Below, piece by piece: positions 41,631 to 55,450 of a DNA stretch of 64,000 nt (position 1 is the first letter of the stretch; each line of letters starts with the position of its first letter). Position numbers and translations under genes: made by a program. A model generated the notes under the pieces. The model was not told the origin of the DNA and did not search any database. It saw nothing but the letters and a program-made list of their open reading frames with translations. The DNA is taken from contig NC_092351.1 of NCBI RefSeq assembly GCF_963676685.1, positions 89,652,001 to 89,716,000 of the forward strand, read 5' to 3'. Source of the DNA: Mytilus edulis. Its lineage: Eukaryota.

Positions 41631-44370
41631 TTTGATAATATGATTTTTATCCTAAAAAGTATGTCTCTACAGTGACGTACTACCATATCTTCCATCTTGA
41701 AGACTAATCTAAATTTAACAAAGGCATTCTATCACTACCGTAATATAGCTAATAAATGAATAACAATTTCAAGGCAGTCAACAGGAAGCAAAATAATTTT
41801 AGTGGAATTATAGCCTTTATTGTTTTTTTAAGGAATACAAGCGCTTTGGCTATCGTCAACTGGTGTCAATGATCGCAAATGCAAATTAAAAATGATGGCG
41901 GCAATTTTTTGGACTACAGTACTGTTATTCTGATTTTAATGCTTTTCCATTATTGATAAGTTACGTTGAGAATAATTTCAAATACACTTCACGAATGATT
42001 TTGGTGCAGAAAAGTCAGAGCAAGAAGTGGCGTCATAAAAATCAGATCTTACAAACTGGTTGCTATTACATCACTTACACTATTTTGATAAATTTACCTT
42101 TAAATGGCGTTTTTTTGGATTGGTATTGTTTTATTTTCTATGAAATCGAGAAAAATCGATTGTTTATTCAAAATAGCGGTCAAAATATTAGTTACTATCA
42201 TCAAGGAAGGACGAAAGATAACAGAGTTACTATCATCAACTGTTGATTCGATAGTAGGTTAAGAGTATGAAATGAATTGTAACATAAAATTTCTTAAGGA
42301 TAATTATTGCACGAAACAAGAGTTTCTTGATTATATTTTAGCAGGAAAGTCCGAAGGACTTTTCTGTAAAGTTTTTCGGACTTTTATGTAAAGTTTGTGC
42401 GCAAGAGTCTCGGTTTACACATCAATAACCTCTAGAAAAAATGTGTTGATCCTTATAATTCTGAGCTTAATAATCTCGATTTTTAATTAACTTTTTTTTT
42501 TGTAAACGCTTCAATAATAACCATCAAATGTACAATTGACATGTCGTAACTAAGGAGTTTGCCGCCATATTGACTTTCTAAAATCACTAAATGTTCGAAA
42601 AATGCAACAAAATCTAAAGTTAATAAAATAGCACCTACCTTCAAAACTTAATTTTAATGAGATATTATCCGAATTTGAAGCGTTCAAGTCACGAAATGAA
42701 ATAATCTTTGCGATGAAATTGTTCATTAGTATGACATCGTGTATTGCCGTGACGTAAATTCGCCAAATCATTCATGATATTTCGCGGAATTTTATATAAA
42801 TGTTAATTATACACATTTTAGAAGCTTAAATGCATTTATTTCATTTATTTCTTTTTGGTGATAAATGCACTAGAATAGACACAACAATTATGCATTTGGT
42901 TTCTAATTTCAATTTGCTGAAAGTCCCGGGATCCTTGCAAGGTTGTGCATCGCGCATGAATAGATTACGAAAGTAGTTTCGGAACCAATGGTTTATTGAA
43001 TTGTAAACTAAGAGAAAAATTCTAATTGACCAATCCAATTTAAGTATTTATAGATATGTAAATCATATGAGAATTATATCACAGTAATGGCTAACCTCTC
43101 CACTTTACTCCTATGTGAACAGTTACATTTTGAGGCACAAATTGATCGTCGACTAATGTGATTGACCTTTAATAGTTCTGCTAACGGAGCTGACAAAACA
43201 TCGTTATATAGGTTTACACAATAATATGTATTCAAAGATATGCTACCAGTCACTATGTTGTATAATTTTTTGTAACAATTACCGATATTTTTCTTAGAAG
43301 AATATATATGGTTGGTTCGGTTCATTAAGGATGTTCACCTTTGAGGAGCCCATTATTTTTAGAATTATTATTTTTTTCTTAACTTGAGTTTTAGGTTGAT
43401 ATGACTGTAAAAACATTAATTGGTGCACTTTTGTTTTTTACTACGGCCATTTGAAAGTACTCAAGTCTGATGATTTTTCCATGATTCATCAATTTTACCT
43501 GTTTTGGGGCTATCATAATGAAAAAAAATCTCAGTTTCACAATTAAACCAATTTGAATGAATTTAACTTTAAAACTATAGGAAATTGTAACTATAAGAAA
43601 GTTTTATAAAATTGTATTGCTTTTTTTGGTCAAATTTACCATGCCAATGTTGCATTTTTTGGTTTTTAAAAACATATTATTTCAACTTCTTTGTTATCAA
43701 TGATTGAACAATACATATCTAAGTCTTGAAAAGAAAAAAAAATGATTTAGATGTACCTGTTTCTGGAAAATAATTTCTTGTACTCCATATTCATTTTCTC
43801 AAAACAATTGGCTAATGAGTCTGACTTGATTGGTATTAACAATTGAATTGTTACTACTCATAAACTACCCATTGCATGTATTGTAAATATACATTTTTGT
43901 CACAGAGTTAAATTTGTTTATAATGTTTTTTTTAATGCATTGCTATTTTCACGTTGCATCACATGTCCAAGAACGAGATTTAAACAAAACTGAAACGTCA
44001 AAATAATACATTATTGCTTTAATAAACCCCTTGAATACATTTGTTTTCAACTTCACAGTTAAAGTATCATACACAATTAACCCAATAACAACTCCTAATG
44101 GAAAGAAACACATACACATTTACTTCCTATTTTTCAGTCATATCAGAACAGACGATAACGTACGTTCAATACATTCATTTGTTGTCAATAAGACACATTC
44201 CACATTTGCATGCTTAATTTTAGTCAAAATGGTGAAAAGTAATTTAGATTTTAAGTTTTATTTGCATCCGTATACCATGAATGAATAATACCAGGATACA
44301 CATCTAGGCGACCACAGTTCGATGACACAAGAAACAAGAGGACAATATGTTTTAGTTATTTTAATTTCTT

Positions 44371-47300
44371 TGTCAAATAAAGGCAACAGTAGTATACCGG
44401 TGTTTAATGTCAAATTAAGGCAATAGTAGTATACCGGTGTTCAATGTCAAATTAAGGCAATAGTAGTATACCGGTGTTCAATGTCAAATTAAGGCAATAG
44501 TAGTATACCGATGTTCAATGTCAAATTAAGGCAATAGCAGTATAAAGGTGTTCAATGTCAAATTAAGGCAATAGCAGTATACCGGTGTTCAATGTCAAAT
44601 TAAGGCAATAGTAGTATACCGGTGTTCAATGTCAAATAAAGACAACAGTAGAATACGGGTGTTCAGTGTCATATAAAGGCAATAGTAGTATATCGGTGTT
44701 CAATGTCAAATAAAGGCAATAGTAGTATACCGGTGTTCAATGTCAAACAAAGGCAACAGTAGAATACCGGTGTTCAATGTCAAATTAAGGCAATAGTAGT
44801 ATAGATGTGTTCAATGTCAAATTAAGGCAATAGCAGTATACCGGTGTTCAATTTCAAATTAAGGCAATAGCAGTATACCGGTGTTCAATGTCAAATTAAG
44901 GCAATAGTAGTATACCAGTGTTCAATGTCAAATAAAGACAACAGTAGAACACGGGTGTTCAGTGTCAAAAAAAGGCAATAGTAGTATATCGGTGTTCAAT
45001 GTCAAATTAAGGCAATAGCAGTATATCGGTGTTCAATGTCAAATAAAGGCAATAGTAGTATACCGGTGTTTAATGTCAAATTAAGGCAATAGTAGTATAC
45101 CGGTGTTCAATGTCAAATTAAGGCAATAGTAGTATACCGGTGTTCAATGTCAAATTAAGGCAATAGTAGTATACCGATGTTCAATGTCAAATTAAGGCAA
45201 TAGTAGTATACCGGTGTTCAATGTCAAATTAAGGTAAAAGTAGTATAACGATGTTCAATGTCAAATAAAGGCAACAGTAGAATACGGGTGTTCAATGTCA
45301 AATTAAGGCAATAGCAGTCTACCGGTGTTCAAGGTCAAATTAAGGAAATAGCAGTATACCGGTGTTCAATGTCAAATTAAGGCAATAGTAGTATACCGGT
45401 GTTCAATGTCAAATAAAAACAACAGTAGAACACGGGTGTTTCATGTCAAATTAAGGCAATAGGAGTATACCGGTGTTCAACGTCAAATAAAGACAACAGT
45501 AGAATACGGGTGTTCAGTGTCAAATAAAGGCAATAGTAGTATATCGGTGTTCAATGTCAAATAAAGGCAATAGTAGTATACCGGTGTTCAATGTCAAACA
45601 AAGGCAACAGTAGAATACCGGTGTTCAATGTCAAATTAAGGCAATAGTAGTATAGCGGTGTTCAATGTCAAATTAAGGCAATAGTAGTATACCGGTGTTC
45701 AATGTCAAATTAAGGCAATAGTAGTATACCGGTGTTCAATGTCAAATAAAGACAACAGTAGAACACGGGTGTTCAGTGTCAAATAAAGGCAATAGTAGTA
45801 TATCGGTGTTCAATGTCAAATGAAGGCAATAGTAGTATACCGGTGTTCAATGTCAAACAAAGGCAACAGTAGAATATGGGTGTTCAGTGTCAAATAAAGG
45901 CAATAGTAGTATACCGGTGTTCAATGTCAAATTAAGGCAATAGCAGTATACCGGTGTTCAATGTCAAATTAAGGCAATAGTAGTATACCGGTGTTCAATG
46001 TCAAATAAAGACAACAGTAGAATACAGGTGTTCAGTGTCAAATAAAGGCAATAGTAGTATATCGGTGTTCAATGTCAAATAAAGGCAATAGTAGTATACC
46101 GGTGTTCAATGTCAAACAAAGGCAACAGTAGAATACGGGTGTTCAGTGTCAAATAAAGGCAATAGTAGTATACCGGTGTTCAATGTCAAATTAAGGTAAT
46201 AGTAGTATAACGATGTTCAATGTCAAATAAAGGCAACAGTAGAATACGGGTGTTCAGTGTCGAATAAAGGCAACAGTAGTATACCAGTTTTCAATGTCAA
46301 ATTAAGGCAACAGTAGAATACGGGTGTTCAGTGTCAAATAAAGGCAATAGTAGTATACCAGTGTTCAATGTCAAATTAAGGCAATAGTAGTATACCGATG
46401 TTCAATGTCAAATAAAGGCAATAGTAGTATACCAGTGTTTAATGTCAAATAAAGGCAATAGTGGTATATCGGTGTTCAATGTCAAATAAAGGCAATAGTA
46501 GTATACCGGTGTTCAATGTCAAACAAAGGCAACAGTAGAATACCGGTGTTCAATGTCAAATTAAGGCAATAGTAGTACAGCGGTGTTCAATGTCAAATTA
46601 AGGCAATAGCAGTATACCGGTGTTCAATGTCAAATTAAGGCAATAGTAGTATACCGGTGTTCAATGTCAAACAAAGGCAACAGTAGAATACGGGTGTTCA
46701 GTGTCAAATAAAGGCAATAGTAGTCTACCGGTGTTCAATGTCAAATTAAGGTAATAGTAGTATAACGATGTTCAATGTCAAACAAAGGCAACAGTAGAAC
46801 ATGGGTGTTCAGTGTCAAATAAAGGCAATAGTAGTATACCGGTGTTCAATGTCAAATTAAGGCAATAGCAGTATACCAGTGTTCAATGTCAAATTAAGGC
46901 AATAGTAGTATACCGGTGTTCAATGTCAAATAAAGACAACAGTAGAATACAGGTGTTCAGTGTCAAATAAAGGCAATAGTAGTATATCGGTGTTCAATGT
47001 CAAATAAAGGCAATAGTAGTATACCGGTGTTCAATGTCAAACAAAGGCAACAGTAGAATACAGGTGTTCAGTGCCAAATAAAGGCAATAGTAGTATACCG
47101 GTGTTCAATATCAAATTAAGGTAATAGTAGTATAACGATGTTCAATGTCAAATAAAGGCAACAGTAGAATAATGGTGTTCAGTGTCAAATTAAGGCAATA
47201 GTAGTATACCGGTGTTCAATGTCAAATTAAGGCAATAGCAGTATATCGGTGTTCAATGTCAAATAAAGGCAATAGTAGTATACCGGTGTTCAATGTTAAA

Positions 47301-50117
47301 TTACGATAATAGTAGTATAACGATGTTCAATGTCAAATAAAGGCAATAGTAGTATACCGGTGTGCATGTGCAATGTCATATAAAGTCAATAGTAGTATAC
47401 CGGTGTTCAATGTCAAATAAAGACAACAGTAGAATACGGGTGTTCAGTGTCAAATAAAGGCAATAGTAGTATATCGGTGTTCAATGTCAAATAAAGGCAA
47501 AAGTAGTATATCGGTGTTCAATGTCATATAAAGTCAATAGTAGTATACCGGTGTTCAATGTCAAATAAAGACAACAGTAGAATACGGGTGTTCAGTGTCA
47601 AATAAAGGCAATAGTAGTATATCGGTGTTCAATGTCAAATAAAGGCAATAGTAGTATACCGGTGTTCAATGTCAAACAAAGGCAACAGTAGAATACGGGT
47701 GTTCAGTGTCAAACAAAGGCAATAGTAGTATACCGGTGTTCAATGTCAAATAAAGACAACAGTAGAATGCGGGTGTTCAGTGTCAAATAAAGGCAATAGT
47801 AGTATATCGGTGTTCAATGTCAAATAAAGGCAATAGTAGTATACCGGTGTTCAATGTCAAACAAAGGCAACAGTAGAATACGGGTGTTCAGTGTCAAACA
47901 AAGGCAATAGTAGTATACCGGTGTTCAATGTCAAATTACGGTAATAGTAGTATAACGATGTTCAATGTCAAATTAAGGCAACAGTAGAATACGGGTGTTC
48001 AGTGTCGAATAAAGGCAACAGTAGTTTACCAGTGTTCAATGTCAAATTAAGCCAACAGTAGAATACGGGTGTTCAGTGTCAAATAAAGGCAATAGTAGTA
48101 TATCGGTGTTCAATGTCAAATAAAGGCAATAGTAATATACCGGTGTTCAATGTCAAACAAGGGCAACAGTAGAATACGGGTGTTCAGTGTCAAATAAAGG
48201 CAATAGTAGTATACCGGTGTTTAATGTCAAATTAGGGCAATAGTAGTATACCGGTGTTCAATGTCAAATTAAGGCAATAGTAGTATACCGGTGTTCAATG
48301 TCAAATTAAGGCAATAGTAGTATACCGATGTTCAATGTCAAATTAAGGCAATAGCAGTATACCGGTGTTCAATGTCAAATTAAGGCAATAGCAGTATACT
48401 GGTGTTCAATGTCAAATTAAGGCAATAGTAGTATACTGGTGTTCAATGTCAAATAAAGACAACAGTAGAATACGGGTGTTCAGTGTCAAATAAAGGCAAT
48501 AGTAGTATATCGGTGTTCAATGTCAAATAAAGGCAATAGAAGTATACCGGTGTTCAATGTCAAACAAAGGCAACAGTAGAATACCGGTGTTCAATGTCAA
48601 ATTAAGGCAATAGTAGTATAGCGGTGTTCAATGTCAAATTAAGGCAATAGTAGTATACCGGTGTTCAATGTCAAATTAAGGCAATATCAGTATACCGGTG
48701 TTCAATGTCAAATTAAGGCAATAGTAGTATACCGGTGTTCAATGTCAAATAAAGGCAACAGTAGAATACCGGTGTTCAATGTCAAATTAAGGCAATAGTA
48801 GTATAGCGGTGTTCAATGTCAAATTAAGGCAATAGCAGTATATCGGTGTTCAATGTCAAATAAAGGCAATAGTAGTATACCGGTGTTCAATGTCAAACAA
48901 AGGCAACAGTAGAATACCGGTGTTCAATGTCAAATTAAAGCAATAGTAGTATAGCGTTGTTCAATGTCAAATTAAGGCAACAGCAGTATACCGGTGTTCC
49001 ATGTCAAATTAAGGCAATAGCAGTATACCGGTGTTCAATGTCAAATTAACGCAATAGTAGTATACCGGTGTTCAATGTCAAATAAAGTCAACAGTAGAAC
49101 ACTGGTGTTCAGTGTCAAATAAAGGCAATAGTAGTATATCGGTGTTCAATGTCAAATAAAGGCAATAGTAGTATACCGGTGTTCAATGTCAAACAAAGGC
49201 AACAGTAGAATACGGGTGTTCAGTGTCAAATAAAGGCAATAATAGTATACCGGTGTTCAATGTCAAATGAAGGCAACAGTAGAATACGGGTGTTCAGTGT
49301 TAAATAAAGGCAATAGTAGTATACCAGTGTTCAATGTCAAATTAAGGCAATAGTAGTATACCGATGTTCAATGTCAAATAAAGGCAATAGTAGTATACCA
49401 GTGTTTAATGTCTAATAAAGGCAAAAGTAGTATATCGGTGTTCAATGTCAAATGAAGGCAATAGTAGTATACCGGTGTTCAATGTCAAATAAAGTCAATA
49501 GTAGTATACCGGTGTTCAATGTCAAATAAAGACAACAGTAGAATACGGGTGTTCAGTGTCAAATAAAAGCAATAGTAGTATATCGGTGTTCATTGTCAAA
49601 TAAAGGCAATATTAGTATACCGGTGTTCAATGTCAAACAAAGGCAACAGTAGAATACGGGTGTTCAGTGTCAAATAAAGGCAATAGTAGTATACCGGTGT
49701 TCAATGTCAAATTAAGGTAATAGTAGTATAACGATGTTCAATGTCAAATAAAGGCAACAGTAGAATACGGGTGTTCAGTGTCGAATAAAGGCAACAGTAG
49801 TATACCAGTGTTCAATGTCAAATTAAGGCAACAGTAGAATACGGGTGTTCAGTGTCAAATAAAGGCCATAATAGTATACCAGTGTTCAATGTCAAATTAA
49901 GGCAATAGTAGTATACCGATGTTCAATGTCAAATAAAGGCAATAGTAGTATACTAGTGTTTAATGTCTAATAAAGTCAATAGTAGTATATCGGTGTTCAA
50001 TGTCAAATAAAGGCAATAGTAGTATACCGGTGTTCAATGTCAAATAAAGGCAATAGTAGTATACCAGTGTTCAATGTCAAATAAAGGCAGTAGTGGTATA
50101 CCGGTGTTCAATGTCAA
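44371..50117 (+). repeat. 37-bp satellite, about 155 copies (tgtcaaattaaggcaatagtagtataccggtgttcaa)
   Basis: Head-to-tail units with period 37 (44371, 44408 ...) and no spacers. Confidence 0.98.
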
Positions 50118-50850
50118 CAATTATCCTGCCTTTATTATTAGACACATCATACATACTTATGTCATAAATTGGGACATATCTTCTATCAGTTGTAATGTAA
50201 CTACGTTGTAAGATAAATAATGTTGATATAGAGGTTATATTTATTCTAAAGCCCTCTTAATTGATTTTCATATGCTTATAAATGTTAAAGCACTTTGTTG
50301 ATATCGCTAATGATCGAATTTGATTCTTGAATTTGACAAAATAGTTAAATTGTTGATGAAGTCCTCTTTCGATATTTTTTATGTAAAATAGCAGACTATA
50401 AAAGGTATAGGTTTGCGATGATCGAATTCAACAAATTCGATACAGAAATTAACTCATAGAAAAATTCATTCAGATAAACATGTTTATACGATTTTACTCT
50501 ATACGTGTGTAGTTACTTACATTTTTGAAAAGAAATAATAGACTTACTTGATTCAATCATTATTCATTAAACGTATTGAGGGAAAGCTATGCGTTATGGT
50601 ATAATTTAAAGAAATCTGCATGAAATGTCATGTTTCCGTTACGGCAGGATAAACGTACGGTTAACCCGGGTTTTTTTTGTTTTTTAAGCATTTCTTTTTT
50701 CGTCATATCATAAAGATGTGCTTCCATTCACATCCTAACGTTGCTTTGGATAGGCTATACATATTGTGTCATTTACCACAGCCTGTTTTTTTTTAAATTC
50801 TCTTAAAATAATCTTTGGTATGTTCGGCAAATTTATTGTCAATATTTGAA

Positions 50851-51603
50851 TCAATAGGATGTGTAACCACCTTTCATCCGGTACAGTTCCATATCACGGC
50901 GTCTAATACTCTGTACAAGCGTTCTGCATTTTAGTGGATCAAGTTTATTTCATCCATCAATAATTGCCCATCTTTAATAGCCAAAATTTAAAAAGGTAGA
51001 TCTCTGTTATTGAGATTTGTGCCAATGGCATCCCAGCCATGTCCAATAGGGTTGATGTCTGGAGACATGGGGGCAAAAAGAAAGTGGCTTCTTGCTATTT
51101 GTACTCGGTTACAATCCTTGTCCTGTGTGGTATAGCGTTGTCGTATATGTACAAGGGTCAAGGAGTTGAACGGGTTCTTCCGGACCGTTGTCTATCATTA
51201 CATTTCCTTTGGCAACATGCCGTTGTGAAAATCTGACAATGAAGGTGTGAATAACATTGAAATGGTTACCTATTTTTCTATTGCTGCTACCGGCATTTGA
51301 CATGTCAATTGCTTGTCAACGTTTAGTCACAGAGACTTGGTGAAGGTTTAATTTCACCTGTACGCGGTATAGTAGAATAAAATATAAATGCACCGAAACA
51401 GTGTATTTTTAAAAGTGCAGATGACCTTTAAAACAATTTGATTGGCGGGTTTATCGGAGTTTGACTTTTTTTTGTCCAAATCGTTTTTTCTTAACGTGTG
51501 TTATATGCAATTCATAACACCAAAAATAAAAATATTATTTTCCCAAAAGTTGAAAAAAATTTTGCCAGTTATATATAGATGGTGCTTAACTTTTGGCGGA
51601 CTG
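50851..51603 (-). mobile_element. Internally deleted, degenerate Tc1-like transposon
   Basis: Minus strand gives a CAGTCCGCCAAAAG terminus, DRQRSGRTR (GRPR-like), SPDINPIGHGWD (SPDLNPIEHxW-like) and LVQSIRRR..KGGYTSY*. Confidence 0.8.
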
Positions 51604-51873
51604 CATATTAGCAATACCTTTGGCAAGAGTTGTCTTACAAGAAACAAAAACAAATAGCTTCAGGAAATAAGATTCATACAACTTATTAATGCAAATTATG
51701 CAATTCGTTGAGTACTGCAAAATTTAAAACTTGCATTCTTATACAGATATCCTTATGTAACTCCCCCCTTCCCAATAAATTAAATAAAATTAATTAAATA
51801 AAAAACTAAATATATGTTTCTATTGACACACAAGCTAGGCCACAACTGTAATACATTAATTGAGATTTGTTGC

Positions 51874-51963
51874 TGGAATTTCGTAACAGGAATTTGTCAT
51901 TTGCATGGAACCTCACGTGAAATTACTCAACAAAACCGAAGTATTAATTAAATGCGATATAAA
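51874..51963 (+). promoter_or_regulatory. Candidate proximal promoter of the B-box gene
   Basis: GGAATTT twice, octamer ATTTGCAT (51899-51906), TCACGTGA (51913-51920), AAAACCGAAG, and TATAAA (51958-51963) about 85 bp upstream of the ATG. Motif matches only. Confidence 0.35.
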
Positions 51964-52046
51964 CATTACATGAATTTGGAGCTTTATGATATTTTAAAAT
52001 GAATTTTCATTTTATGCAATAGATAAATCAACGCAAGCAAACTGAG

Positions 52047-52813
52047 ATGACACAGGCTGCGTACAAAACGTGTGAGATATGTGTATCTAGTCCTGGACAT
52101 AACTATTGCGAAGAGTGCGACCAGCTGTTTTGTGATGGATGTAAAATATCTCACTTACGGACAAAAATGAGCAAAGACCATACATTTCTAAGTGGCCCAA
52201 ATATAAACCCAGGAGTTAAACAATATTGTAAAGAACACGATGAAACATTTATATATTACTGCATGGAATGTAATTCGCCGATATGCAAAATATGTGTAAT
52301 TAAAAAACACAAATCACATGACTTTGCTGAAATCAAGGAAACAACTGACGGAATCAAAGCTGAGGTCAAAAAGGGGATGGACATGAAGATGGAACACCTG
52401 CAGTCAAAGATAGCAGATATTGAACAAAGTTCAAACAAATACCAAACTGATGTTAACGGAGTCATTCACGCTATCAGGGAAGAAGGGAAACACTTAAAAG
52501 AGCTGATTGATAAGAAGGTCGAAATTCTGGTTAAATCTGTGAAAGAGGAAGAAACAAAGAATTTACAAATTTTACAGTCCAATAAAAATGAGATTAAAGC
52601 AGCTTTGAATAAGGCAAAGGAGCAGCAGAAGTTCTATCAAGACTCACAGGGTATAAAAGATTCTACGAAATTGATACAAAAGCTAAAACAAATTAAGTCA
52701 CAAATCGACAAAAAAGAAGAAATACAGATTCCTATTATGCCATCAGTCAAATATGTTAGACAGAAAGTAGCAGAGTGTGAAATAGAAAAACTGTTTGGGG
52801 AATTAAGATTTGG
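52047..52813 (+). CDS. RING-less TRIM-like protein, coding exon 1: B-box1, B-box2, coiled coil
   Basis: CEIC..CEECDQLFCDGC..H..H (B-box1), CKEH..CMECNSPICKIC..HKSH (B-box2), long K/E-rich heptads; ends FGELRF-GG|gtaaat (phase-2 donor). Confidence 0.93.
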
Positions 52814-53926
52814 GTAAATATGTTCTTAGTTATTGATTTTTTTATATGGACTTTGGTGTGGCAGTTGCTTTTCGTCTATAAAGGGTTGAATATATATGAC
52901 ATCTTCCGCTTCTTGTTCCCTTTACATTCTGGGTGTGTTTCTCAGATAATCAAATGTCTTACATGTGATAATACAATGCCCAGTTATACGTGCTTGGCTT
53001 TATAAAAATTGTCAGTTGTGTTTTCTGATCATTGATTAAAAATACCATCATTTGATTATTTGTAAAACAAACACATTGATGCGCTGACTATATAGAATCC
53101 TAAATATATGTTAACATAACAAGTTAGATTTTAGTAAGATCCATCATCCTCCTAGTACTCATTTGAATTTAAATATCTACTACTAGAAATTGTTATTCCG
53201 ATTTATACTATTTAAAATTAGTACCAATCAGAATTTTAATAACTACTATAATAATAAAATGATGGTTTTTTTTTTATCTCATAGAGAAAATCTCAAATAC
53301 GTCCAATACATTTTGGCTTTGGTTAACATTGTCATTATAATTACTGTTACAAATTAACAAAAAAGAAGTTATAATTTGATAAAGTGTTAAGACATACCTG
53401 TAAACTAAAGAGTTATAAAACCACAAAGCACCTCTTATAAACATATGATATAGCGAATTTTTAGATAAGATTAAAAGACTTTTGAACTATTTATAGCTGA
53501 AGTTTTATCTCAAGAAGTCAGTAACCAAAGAAAACCTAAACGATCTTTAATAATAGACATACATGAACATACAGTTTTCATTTACAAAGTGTTAGTACAA
53601 ACTTTATATACAAATTATTATCAAAATTTTATCAAATCGTTCATAAGAAAAACATTTCGACAGGGCATACACAAGGAAAACCGCCATTTCAAATTACTGT
53701 GTTAATTATAATTCCCCTTTGCATCTGAATAAGTGAAAAAGAAACAAAAAAGAAACAAAAAGCAATATGGAAACACGTTTCATTATTTTTGGAATATCTT
53801 AAAACAGCTTATTTCGATTGTTTATATTTAGAAATACACTATTTGTTTGTTTTATAAACAATTACAGTTTTGACGCACAAATTAGATGACAATGAAATTG
53901 TTAATAGGTCATTATTTTTTTCTCAG

Positions 53927-53974
53927 AGAAACTGTCAAAAAAGAAGAAAACCCGGAACCGCAGGAGAGCGTCAG
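53927..53974 (+). CDS. TRIM-like exon, 48 nt, phase 2-2 (G-ETVKKEENPEPQESV-R)
   Basis: ttatttttttctcag|AGAAAC...GTCAG|gtttgt; purine-rich, open in frame with exon 1. Confidence 0.8.
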
Positions 53975-54460
53975 GTTTGTATTTACATTAGACATTTAAC
54001 AAAGTTGTTTCTATTGTTACCTTGTCCATGTTCATCTCTTCTGTTGATTGACTTTTGCTATAATAAAATCAATCTAAATACCTAGGTTTGTCTTCCTAAG
54101 GCCGTATTCACACCAAACGCCATGCACAGTAAACATGTTTATAATTAGTTAAATGTAATGTACACTGGTTTCACATTATATTTGTTAACATCTATATACC
54201 TGGTTTAATTACCTGTAAATAAGATTTCTTCTCTAAGTAGTATTAAGCAAAGGGAGTGGCAAATATTTTCGTGTACGTCCAGTCGATTCGGGAAAACCTT
54301 TTCAAAGGAATTATGTGTTCAGCAATGATAATGCTTGAGTTTTGATAAAGGGTTAATAAAGATACCTCAAGGTTTTTTTTTTATAACAAATTAATATTTC
54401 AAGTTTAAAAACATAATTGTTATAACTTTCAATTTTATTCAAAACTTGTTTCTTCCTTAA

Positions 54461-54733
54461 GGTGGTACCCAACACGTTCACTAAAATTAATTTGGTTCGT
54501 TTAATTTTCATAAAATTTTGTCAAAGTATTTAATTTGATCCTTTAACAAAACTATAAAATTTTCAAAAATTTTGAACCAACTGTTTTGTCAGAAAAATTA
54601 CACTGGTTATATAGCAGTTTAACAAACATCAATTTTGATCATTGAGAAGCTTTATATTCCATTTACAACACAACGTTATTAAAACGTTTAGCTAACTTCA
54701 CAGAGTTTTCTCCCTGTATTGTTAGGTACCACC
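54461..54733. mobile_element. 273-bp MITE with TTAA target duplication (Kolobok-like)
   Basis: ttaa-GGTGGTACCcAAC ... GTTaGGTACCACC-ttaa. Confidence 0.85.
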
Positions 54734-55396
54734 TTAAATTTACATGGTAAAATTAATGTTCTAAATGCCTAGTTTTGTGTACACTTAACCAACACAAGGC
54801 CTACATTGACTATCAACTGCATGTAGAAAAAAACATGATTTACACTACATGTAAACATTGACTTTTATCAATGTGAATGTTTTTGTGTTTAGTTTGCGTG
54901 TGAGTTACACTAACCCAACACCAATTTTAGGTCATTGTGAACACGGCCTAGGTCATATTTACATAAAGCATTGCGTTCTACTGTTCTTGATCTCGATAAT
55001 TATCCTTTGTTTAATTGGTTGTGATTCCTCTTGCACCGATGAGTATGATATACAAAAAACACGCGTATAATATACTTAGTTATCATAAGTTAAATACTGT
55101 TTTTTTCTCTTGTAGACATGCTTTAATTATATAATAAACCCTAAAAACTAAGCAGTGATTTACAGTACCGTAAATTGCTTCAAAATGTGTCTCTTTTTGC
55201 ACGTAATCGATTAATGTTAGCTACGTTGTTTTAAGAATATACATATGGTTTACTTTTGATAGATAAGACTAAAGAGTTGCACGACATATATGAACAATGT
55301 AAATATATATAATTCGTTCAATTTAGCTTTCCGAAAAACAAATGTTATAAAAGTTAGACATCTCCCTTGAGAATATCTTAATATGATATTTTATAG

Positions 55397-55450
55397 AGTT
55401 GGAACAACAGTTACTAGTAAACAATACAGATACAGATGCCTAAGATGCAA
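55397..55450 (+). CDS. TRIM-like exon, 54 nt, phase 2-2, first CxxC (R-VGTTVTSKQYRYRCLRC-K)
   Basis: attttatag|AGTTGG...TGCAA|gtaagt; open in frame. Confidence 0.8.

Noticed and set aside
44371-50117. 37-bp array as a CRISPR-like locus
   Set aside because: The units are contiguous with no unique spacers, there are no cas genes, and the context is eukaryotic.
52047-52817. Assigning a specific TRIM gene symbol
   Set aside because: There is no RING and no standard C-terminal domain. It looks like a lineage-specific expansion, and orthology cannot be read from the sequence.
55116-55137. Strong acceptor (tttttctcttgtag) followed by a short frame RHALII* and AATAAA
   Set aside because: It could be a poison or terminal exon, but there is no donor, no paralogous support, and such sites occur by chance.
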